Source of the DNA: Lytechinus pictus
Taxonomy: Eukaryota
Length of the DNA: 60,000 nucleotides
Reading direction: 5' to 3'
Assembly: GCF_037042905.1 (NCBI RefSeq)
Contig: NC_087245.1
Location: forward strand, 29,142,001-29,202,000
The position numbers and the translations under genes were made by a program. How positions within the stretch are numbered: the first letter of the stretch is position 1; every line of letters begins with the position of its first letter. The notes under the pieces are model-generated. The model was not told where the DNA came from. It saw only the letters and a program-made list of their open reading frames with translations, and did no database searches. Shown here piece after piece: positions 49,291 through 60,000 of the stretch.

Positions 49291-51319
49291 GTAAGTTTTT
49301 AATTTTTTATCGATGTAAAAAACATTCTTTTCATTATTTTTCTTCAATGCTATATGAATTATTGACAATGGAACAAACAAAATTACAAATCTGCATCATT
49401 TTATTCAAATATTTTAAAAAGTAGGCACATTAATTAAAGTATTACTGAATGTTTGAATCTAGCATTTAGAATATAATGACAGTTAATGTCAACGCGTTGA
49501 AATCGTCTTATTTGGTACTTTGGAGTGGTTTCCCCATATCTGATGAGCCCATCATAAGACAGTATAACTTTAAACACATAATGTCTCTTTTAACTACAGT
49601 TGGTAAGAGTTAGAAAAAGAATGAAAATATGATGAATATAATAACTTTCATTCGATACCAAATAGAGGAATTAGCACAATATCATTGAATATTCGTACTA
49701 AAATGAGTTATAATTGGTTATTCATCTTTGATCACTTCTTTCCATGCAAGAATGTATCAATAATTTGTTAAATAATATAATCCATGAAATATTGCAAAAA
49801 GTCCTTTCATCATCTGTTGAAAAGTAATTATATATATACAATATACCCATGACTTAAAATAAAAATGACCGGCCCTTGTATAGCACTAAATCAGTTTCTC
49901 AGTCATCATGATCCCCATCAGCTCAATTGAAATCCAGTCTCTGTATTTTGTATTCAATCCCGCTTCGTGAGATTTTGTTTTAGTATTTTATGCAAAAACA
50001 GAAAGAAAGAATGGAAAGACAAAACGTTTCATACATGCAGTCGTTCGTAAAGTCGTAAGATTATTATTCTTTTTTTTTGGAGGGGGGGGGGGGGGGTGAG
50101 TGAGAGACCCTCGTTCACAGTTTTCACATTAACGTAATCAAGGTGTAACGTTTCATAATATTTCACGAAAGAAAATAGGCTATTCAGATACGTCATACGA
50201 TCTAATCATTTTTTTAATGTAATGCATACGCTGACGAAGGGGTCATAAAACATTTATTCGGACAAATTTCGGAATAATAAGGGGGAAACTCTCGGCATCA
50301 TACGAAGACTCCATATTTAAGTAAAGTCATATGTGTAGACTGTGTGCAAAATGATTTCTTGAATTCATGAGTTATATTTTTAAAACATCTTATACACACA
50401 TGTAATGTTATCATTGTGTTACCATTTGTTTTCCTACAATATAAAAACAATCACATAGAAAAGAAAATAATATATAATATGTTATTTTTTCCAGACTTGA
50501 ATCCGAAGAGTAAATCATGTATAGTTTTTAATTGATTGCCAACATATTTTCCAGGCTATCATGAAGAGAATATTTCATAGGAAAAGAAATAGTTTTTATT
50601 TTCTTGTAATCAGTGATCTAAAGATATCAAATAAAAGTTGTTACGTATTTATAAATCAATTCTGTGTCGTTGTAAATGGTTTATAAGCAGGGGCCTGAGA
50701 CCGATTTCTTAAGAGGGGGTTGCTGTTTGGGGAGAAATGAAAAGCTCCCCCCCCCCCCCCAAAAAAAAAGGGGGGGGTTCTCTTCAAAATGAAGGTGATC
50801 TCGGACAAATTTCTGCTTTTTAGCATACTATCCTGATTTCCAGGAGGTGCTGCCTTTGGTTTATACCATACGAAGCACCCCAGAAAATCTTAGTGTGCTT
50901 TTAACACACCAGCACCCCTGATTTCCAGGGCCATGATGTTTATAAAGTTATAAGAAATAATATAAGTCATCAATATCGTGTATTAAAAAATGTGGATCTA
51001 AATTTGATTATGTCACAGTCTACAAACAACAACTAGCCAGAGTATCTTAAAACTCAATGCGCATGATTGATTTTTCTAACTAACAACATGATCAATAAAA
51101 CCATTTACCACCAACATGGTACATAATAAATCAAAGCTTTGGATCCTTAGCATAAATTATTGGTGATCATGCAGGGGTGAAATATACCCCCTGCAAAGGA
51201 TTCCATTGAAAATTTGTCTATTTGTTATTAAACATATGCTGGACGGATTTATCATGGATCTAATTGATTACAAAATAATTTAATACGTTTTTGCAATCAC
51301 ATTTTCATCTTCACCTATT

Positions 51320-51520
51320 TTCCTCTTCTTCTTCTTTCTCCTCCTCCTCCTTCTTCTTCTTCTTCTTCTTCTTCTCTTCTTCCTCCTCCTCCTTCTCCTC
51401 CTCCTCCGTCTTCTTCTTCTTCCTTTTCTTCTTCTTCTTCTTCTTCTTCTGCCATCATTATCGTCGTCATTATTATTAATACTATTTTTCTTCTTCTTCT
51501 TTTTCTTCTTCTTCTTCTAC
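51320..51520. repeat. (CTT/CCT)n microsatellite
   Basis: Seen directly. Confidence 0.93.
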
Positions 51521-53597
51521 CATCATGATCGTCATCATTACCATCACTATCATTTATTTCTAACATTATTTTCGTGGAGGATGGTGGGGACGGTCAGTAT
51601 CCGATAAATCGAAAGACACCAAGCAAGACCATTTTAAGGCAGACCTAACAATCATGAAATAATATACAAGTTTTGGGTTTCAGTAAAAGGTCAATGGTAA
51701 AAATGTTAAAACTTCCGGGGCACTTTCGGGGCCCTGGTAACGATTTTTTTCACAGGGGGTGCTGGTTTTAATTTGATGAGCAAAAAAAAAGCTTCGTTAC
51801 AAAATATAGGTGATTTCGGTCCGGAAAAAAATTGACAAACAAAAAGAAAGAGGGTTGGTTCGCTACAAATAAAGGTAATTTTGATTAAATTTCTGCTCTT
51901 TAGCATAATTTCCAGGGGTACTGCCTATATGAATAATACACGCATCCCCCCGTTAAATCTTGGGGTGCCCCAGCTTTCGCACTTCCCCGAGCTATGGTCA
52001 TTTATACTGTTCCCTCCCCCGCCACGAAATCCGCCCAGTAAACTATAAAGTAATATGATTAATTCATTATTAACAGAATGAACGAACACATTGTCAATGA
52101 AAAAGGACATTTGATGGCGAACACCCATCTCTATAATATTTTATTTTATGATTAATTACCAGCCCCTATAAAATTGATAGTTTCTTTAACAATCCAAAAT
52201 CATTTGCATATCATTTTGGCCAGGAGTGTTTCACTTGCCGTGCTGTTCAGTGGAGGGCTGCTTTTCTTTTAGATTATATTGATTTCATAATCGATATTTG
52301 TCGTGAAACGGAACAAACAACAAAACAAGTTAATTTTCAAATTAGATAGTATGCTATCTGATTGGGATACCTTATAAGGCAGTGGCTAAACATTGAAAAT
52401 AAATCAAGAGCGTTTGATTTATATCATAAAACACTAAGTTGCTTTTACTCTTTTTAAAATCAAAATTAAATGTTCACATTTCCTTTATCTAAACATTGAT
52501 TTAAAAAAACACTAATAATACTAATATACCGGGGAGATTACCCCTTAGACATGTTAGAAATAAATGAATATAGGGTGAAGGTTCAAGTGTCATGTATATC
52601 GGATGGTATTCTATATATTTCAACCATTTCAACTACATTTTAATGATCAATTAGAGTTTTAAAAGTACACCCATCAAAAGAGGTAGTATATATTCCTTCC
52701 GCGCGTATTCAGCATGAAACGCCCCATTATATTGATGACATCAAGAAAATTGTTCTGATTTGGGAGGTTATGAGCCCCGTGTGGGTTTTATGTCTTACAG
52801 TTTCTCCAGAAAATATTCACATGGCTTCTATTTTCCCTCTGTTTGCTATTTTTTATGGTTTCCAGGGCCGACCCCTTTGTATTATCACAATACTTTCTAC
52901 GACTTTACAATCCGATTCACCCAATGATTCGATCTAGCTATCACCCAACATGACGCCCTTTTTCTATTCATAAGTCTGGCTTCTCAATGCACTTGTATCA
53001 ATAGATTGGCAATTCTCAAGAACTCTCCAATGTAGAACCCTTGTTCGTATTTTTGTTTATTTAGTGTACTTTAAAGATTTAGGTCTCCTTTTCTCTCACC
53101 CCCCATCCGTGATATTTTCATCGTCAACGAGTTTACAAAGTATTACTATTTACTCATTAATGTAGCCACCGTGCTTGCAGTGTAGCATATTTATGGTATT
53201 GTTATGTGCAGAAGTCCTGTGATGTAAACAAAATGGATTCACCATTTTATCTGACTAATACGTGAAAAATGTGGAATTCTACCACATCAGTGTTCGTAAA
53301 CAAGTTGGATAATTCTTTTCAATGATAGTGCAGGCAAGTGAGCTTTCTTACCATATTTTAATTGATCCCGAAGAAGATGATTGCCCAATTACATTTGCAA
53401 TGTAGAACTTTTGTTCTGCGTTATATTCCAATCATTATGTTGCATTATATGCCCCGTTTGGAAAGGGAAACAATTGATTGTTGGATAATTCAATCTTTGA
53501 GGACTTGTAGGCAAATATAGTTTATCTATATCTTCTATACAGTAACGAGCCTCACTATTTGAACACAAATGAGATAAGGAGATTATACACCCTGGCT

Positions 53598-53611
53598 GTC
53601 TCCATGGCAAC
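53598..53611. promoter_or_regulatory. RFX X-box
   Basis: GTCTCCATGGCAAC fits the X-box consensus. Confidence 0.5.
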
Positions 53612-54446
53612 AAACCACCGATAAGGACGCCATTGATTTCAAGCTTGACGCCTCACGATAGCAGTACATTAACTACATTTTTTTTACTTTAGAAATATCA
53701 TTGTTATGATTCCTTTATGTTTAAGATTATATTGTTGATTTCATGAATCAATGCTCTGTGTATATTACATGTTATATATAATTTGTTCTATTATGTGAAT
53801 GCAGAAATGCCGCCAAGAAAATAGAAAAACAAACACAAAAAGCAAAAAAAAAAAAAAAAAACGACATCTATCACGTCTGAACAAATCTCTGAACAAATAA
53901 TGTTACACTTTGATTCTTAATAATTCAGGGTAAAATAGTGATATGATATTTGTTTGTTTTTCATTACAATTACATTATTCCTGATAACGTGATTTGTAGC
54001 TTGGATAAACAAGATCATTATTAATTTGATTAATGATTAATACAATTGTCTGAGACATTAATATTGTCCAATTTATACGCTTTGTGCGTCATGGTAACCT
54101 TATAAAAACGACGAAATCGCCTCGATAAGAGTATGCTTTCTTTTGTTTTCACTCGCATGTGGTGGTACATGTTTCTCTGACGTGCCGAGTTTTTGTATAA
54201 ATTATTAGTCAGAGCCAGAATGATATGTCTGAATTAATCAAATGTTTTGCTCTCATCGATTTATTTCTCCTTACCAACCAAGATCATTCAATGATATATA
54301 TTAAAACCGTCTTTGTCTTAAAAAACGCGTGTTTATCTTTTCATTGCAATGCTACAATCTAAAGCAATATTTAGTAAACATTATCCATAACAATTGTATT
54401 ACCATTGTGTTGATCAAAATCTGTTTCCATATTCCCACATTTACTT

Positions 54447-54500
<54 letters not shown>

Positions 54501-54825
54501 CTGTCATATATTCGTTGTCTTTGTACGCTGCCTCGACTGGAGTCCAGAGTGGGGGGTTGAGTTCTGTGGGTGTATAGTCGATAGAAAGTTTCTTTATCCA
54601 ACCCAAATTATTGATAGCTCTGTTATTTTTATTTTCATGATATTTTATTACTTTTAATTAACGGTTTAATGTTTATTTGAGGTATAATCGGAATAAGTAC
54701 TTCTAAATCGACATAGCAGTGTTTAATGTACATTGTTGTACAAAATCTCAAATTTGTAAGTAAAATTATTTAGTTACACCAATTAAGCTCGTGGTATAAT
54801 GCTTCCCACTGCTCTTTCATTACAG

Positions 54826-55118
54826 CATGGGCGGAAATCCCAGGGGAACGCGTCCCCGTACCATATGGAAAGGGGGTGGCACAATATAAAATGTTCCCCT
54901 ACTATTTGTGGTCTTTTATGATGGAAAAAATACATCATTGTCAAATTTATTTGGGACGGGTTTTTTGTTTGTTTTTTGCTTGTCAAATTTATTTTGGACG
55001 AAATGACCTTACATTTTGAGTGACAACATTTTTTTTGTTGCTTGTCAAAATTTTCGGGGGAAAAATCCTTGATCCGCCCCTGGTCCCCCTTACCTCTTGG
55101 GAGAGATGTCCGCCCATG
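54826..55118. mobile_element. hAT-type MITE, same family as 45963-46170
   Basis: TIRs catgggcgga and tccgcccatg; 8-bp TSD CATTACAG. Confidence 0.85.
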
Positions 55119-57559
55119 CATTACAGTTATCTATCCTTTATACACAGGTATACACTTTCATTTTTTTTTCTGTATAATTCTCAATTGATTTGTCCGACAT
55201 CTAGTTGCAACAACATTCACAAGAAGGCAAAAACTATTAATTCGTTCCATCCCATTCCCAAAATTTGCAATTTGATATACTGATAGCTCATATCAAGGAT
55301 GTCCCTGCACTGATTCTATAGGGATGGCAACCCCTTTTCACAAATGGGAATGAATCTGACTGGGGGAAGAAACGGAGCTATGAAATAAATTTTGTTTGTT
55401 TATGGATGAGATCTCGTCACAGAATTTCTTTCCAAAATTAAGCGGTCAACATACCTTTGATGGTCAGATAATGAAATGTCACATAAATTATATTTCCTAT
55501 CTGCTAATAGTAAAAATGTGTCCTTTTACATGCTCAATTCATTCTTTATTTTATATGATTTCTTAAAAAACTAATTACAGGTGTGACACCTATAGTTATC
55601 ATAATCTAAACTTTCTTTGCTCACATTCCTCTTCTTGTTTTTCTTCCCATCTTTCCACTATGTTCCCATTATCCCTCCATTCTTAATCGATAAAAAACTT
55701 GTCATCCAAATGTTCCTTAGCACCGATTCAATACAACTTTCCACCTCCGCTTTTCATCGAACGATCGATCCCATCACTTCACCAATTTTACAAGAGCCTC
55801 GGGGCAATTTGCCACTGCGGTATCTTACAAAACAATGATCATCATTCGATTCTTATCGGGTAACATGCAAAACATGGATGATGTTGATCTGAGATACGGT
55901 CATGTAGGAGGAAATCCAACCGCAATTAGCCAATGTTAGCATGGTGGTGGCAATGGATCATCCTTGTCTAGTTACGAAGCCCATATTCAAAGTGGATCAA
56001 GAACTCTTGATTGAAAGATTCAAGTGGAACGTGCACGCATGGCCCTCCTGATCACGTGACATAGGAATTGATGAAATAAAAAGAAAAATAGTTACATTTA
56101 GAGTATCAAAAAAAGAAAAGATAAACAATGAAAAGTGATGGCGACAAGATTGAAAATTATTCTTTGAGGTGGTATTTTAACATTACATAATCATTGTTCT
56201 CTAATTCTAATTGCTATAGCCCAAGCGAATGATTCAAAGGCTGCATTGTGTAAATTCAGAGTATCACTTGATCTATTTATAGGGCTAATTATTCTAGAAT
56301 ATATAATCACTACTAATTATTACTGAAAACAATACTGTCCATATACCTTATTGATACCGAATCTGTGCGATATCCTTTCATACTCTTAATTATTATCATA
56401 GTAGGTCAGGAGAACCTTGCTTTCGTAATTACTTTTTAATCTTGATCGTTTTTTTTTTGTACTCACTGTAGAGGTCTGCGGCAATTAATGTTTAATTGAA
56501 TGGAGACTGACAATGTGATTGTGGTTTTATCCACGCAATGAAATCGTTTTGAGGTCACGATCGAAAGCGAACAAAATAGTCTATTAATCGTAAACAAGGT
56601 TAGTCATTGCCCTCCGACTGTTCTAAATCAATGATTTACAATAAGAATTTATGATATTCTTCGTTTTAAGAAATACTGAAACGTGAAATTTAGTGAAATA
56701 TTTGGAAGTGACAAGTAATATTTTGTGATTTTTTTTTTATCGACCACAGTACTATCCAGTGATGTTGTAATGCCAACAAAGAACTAATTTGGCACATAAT
56801 GAACTATCAAAGATTTAACAACCGATTATATTGGAAAGAAAATGAAAACAATGTAGAGTGTTTTGAAATCATTGTTTGGAAGAGGGGAGATCGAGAAAGA
56901 ATATATCATCCAACGATCGGAACATGAATTTGGAAAACTGGACGCTTGGTCTTAGTTTTATTCTATTATCTGTATACTCGAAGTTTGCTGTCATATTATT
57001 AATTTGCTTTTCTTTTCATGTGGGCCTAAGTTGTTGTCGTTTCTTGATCATGGTCTGTTTGAAAAAAAAATCCAATGTACAAGAAAGGTCCAGTACAGTT
57101 AATTTATTGAGCTTTCTTTTAAATCTTACCATTACAATCATTACTTGCCAATATATAAAAAAAGTTTAACAGAAAATATTCTTTTTACAAAATATTACAA
57201 AAGAAAGACTGTTTAATGCAAATTTCAAGGAAATAAGGCCCGAACCATTCTTTTTATTTTATCTTTAATACATAAACCACACGAGTTGTATGGCCACGAA
57301 GACGATAATGATAGTTTTGGTATTTAGGCCTAAAATGTTATCCGAAACTGGCTTGCTTTGTCAACTTGTAGAGGTCATGGACTCTTCTCGTATATGAACT
57401 TGACTGATGAAAACCTGGATTGAAATTGACTCAATAGGATGGAATGTTCTCCTAATCTGCAGGTCAAGCAAGTCTCCCTTCTTGGTGGTGTTATATGACA
57501 GTTAAACGTCGCATCCGCTTCTTGCAGTATTTACTCTACCACACTAAAATCCACGTTGT

Positions 57560-57680
57560 GAACCAAGGGGGCGGAACGCCAGGCGTCGCGGTCTCCTTAG
57601 CAACCAGAGTGGTGTCGTTTCTCGGTGCGTTCGTTTTGGTCGACTGCCCTGTGCATTGCAGATCACGGGTTTGGTCTCGG
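57560..57680. promoter_or_regulatory. CpG-rich promoter-like patch with GC box and X-box
   Basis: GGGGCGG near 57568 and GTCTCCTTAGCAAC at 57591-57604. Confidence 0.5.
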
Positions 57681-58798
57681 CATAGAGTTATAAGTTCCCT
57701 GGTCTCAGTGATTCGAATGCTCTATTCACAAACACGCCTGACTATAATTGTCATTGATGATAAGGTTGTTTCAGGCGTTGAATAACTTTTAGGGGAAATT
57801 TTTATAAGTCATAACGTTTTAAAGCATAGGCCTATAATTGTAGAATTCGGTTGGTATCAATGAACTAAAAGAGAAATATACGCACGGAAAATATTGTATT
57901 TTCTATTTCGTTTTCGTATGAAAAAGTCTTAGACGGAGTAAAATTTTGAGGGCAAACGTTTCTAATTTCCAGCTAGACCTAAATAATGATTCATCGATCT
58001 TCCGTAGACACGGGCTACCCTATCATCAAAATATCGTTAGGCGCATGTGGTACACGGCTTAAAACCGTCATCATTAACAAAATTAACAACAAAACGATGA
58101 TTAGTTAGGATAATGTTCATGACGAGGAGTGAAATGTCAAGTAAACTAATATAAATTGTAAGTCAAATCATTATTCACATGGCTTTTATGTGGGTAGGCC
58201 TAAAGTAATCAATAAGCAATAACACGCTTCCTGGTTATGTAAACAAAGAGCAGAGCATGAAAATGATTAAATGAAAATTCCGTCGTTGATAATGATCTGT
58301 AGCTCCAACATCGACCATGAACAAGCAAATCAATGTTGATGTATTTGACGATAAATATGAACAAGTTGCAAACAATGAAAGCCGAGTGATGTTGGAATCT
58401 TGGATATGTTACAGTTGCCAGAAAACAATTTATCAACAAATGGTGAAGGTATAGTGGTAATCGGTAATCATCTTAATATACATAATATTGGATGATAAAT
58501 ACAACGGTTACTGAGTAAAGAATTAGGAAAGTGATGATACTTTTGTATTTTTTTTTCAAGAGGGAAATTCGATTTCAATCAGTTCAAACTTAAAGATTAG
58601 CAGTCTTTTGTTCCTTCTTTGTGCCCTTCGTAGAGTTTTATAATGAAATCCTTAATCTTTAGGGGAAATAAAAAACAAAACAAACAAAATAAAACAAAAT
58701 AACCTTTCTCTGAAGAGTAACACAATTTGCTTATATATGTAGCTGTCATGATATATCGAAATTGATTGTCAAACATACATTATCTCATCGGTAAACAT

Positions 58799-59863
58799 CA
58801 GGGGCGGATCCAGCTTTCGCCAATAGGGGGGGCCGAAAAATATTTTCATCAACATTTTTCTCGATTGGCCGCTATAATCTGATTTTTTTTTTGGGGGGGG
58901 GGGTTCACGGGGTAGTCCTAACTAGAGACTGAAGTTTTAAGTATATGTTAGTTTTTATTGTTATAAACAAGATAAGGTATTTCATGTGGTCTTAATATAT
59001 AATGCGAGCGCGAAGCGTGAGCTCAAATTCTTTGATATTTTATGTCCTTAGACCTGAAGATTCTGAGGAGATTTTATAATCATGAAAAAGATAAGTATCC
59101 AACTAAACAATGCGAGCGCAAAGCGCGAGCCGAAATTTTATCATAGTAACGTGAAAAGGGACTCAATTAGGACTGTTTTTAGTGATTAATGAAGAGGATA
59201 CAAATATTACCAATTAAATAATGAGAGTGCAAAGCGCGAGCTCAAAATTTTTGATATTCCGACCTGAAAACTGGACAGTCTAAGCGCGTTTTTATTTAAA
59301 TACAGAAAAAGCTGTGTGTCTCAAACAATTAAATGCGAGCGCGAAGCACAAGTTCAATTTTTTTATATACTGACATGATAAAGGAGCATTTTGACAAATT
59401 TTGGTAAGAATTTCCAAAGAAGATAGGTAACTCGCAAATCAAACAATGCGAGCGCGCAGCGCGAGCTGAAAATTTTGATATAAACAATTTGTGTAAAACA
59501 AACAAAATAATTAAAGCTTGATGTGCGAGCTAAAATATTGTGTGCAAATTGATTCCAGATCTGGATATATAAGTGTCATATAATCCTCTTGAATGGGATT
59601 CATTGGCACAGGCAATGCGAGCGCAAAGCGCGAGCGAAATTTTTATATAAAGTTCTTTTTCCAATTCTTCCCCTCACCCTTTTCTTGTTTCCTTTCGGGG
59701 TCGGGCCGGCCGTTACGAGGTTGTAAATTACACATCCTGGGTATGATACCTCTTTCCTACTTTTCTTTAGTGTTTTTCCTATAGTACAATTTTTCTGCAG
59801 GTTGTCAAAAAATAGGGGGGGGGGGGCCGGGGCCGGCTCGGCCCCCTCCTGGATCCGCGCCTG
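58799..59863. mobile_element. Non-autonomous DNA element with internal ~110-bp tandem repeats
   Basis: TIRs caggggcggatcca and tggatccgcgcctg; repeated aatgcgagcgcgaagcgcgagc; AACAT on both flanks. Confidence 0.75.
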
Positions 59864-60000
59864 AACATGAAAGGACTCACACATGATATGTAATATTATT
59901 CAGGTGCTTGCAGTCCATACAAAATATTTCTTGCAGCTTGCTAATGAAATTTCGATGTATCGATAGAGGGCGACAATTCATTATTGCATGGTGTACAAGT

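Noticed and set aside
46753..51566. Low-complexity ORFs (IYLF repeats, poly-M, poly-E/F)
   Set aside because: Translations of microsatellites.
55690..56060. GC-richer exon-like patch
   Set aside because: No sustained open frame or convincing splice pair found.

Overview
AT-rich animal genomic DNA. The repeat families look like those of sea urchins (inference). 1-11.8 kb: the 5' eight exons of Ku80/XRCC5 on the minus strand, with a U12-type intron 3 and a transposon-stuffed intron 1. 12-17.5 kb: a decayed L1/Tx1-like LINE, Tc1-type MITEs and a SINE. About 18-39.6 kb is the most unusual part. A chain of splice sites on the minus strand outlines a candidate ~21-kb, apparently non-coding transcript. 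It has small 5' exons and then five related exons, each carrying a ~220-240-nt rod-like RNA hairpin with compensatory changes, strand-specific G-U pairs and conserved bulges. Two very large candidate exons follow, built from different tandem arrays (a 49/50-bp satellite and a degenerate SINE-tail-like array). 40-60 kb: a 2.7-kb foldback element, MITEs, SINEs, microsatellites, one unidentified 214-codon coding exon on the plus strand and RFX X-boxes. All transcript models come from sequence signals only and need RNA evidence.
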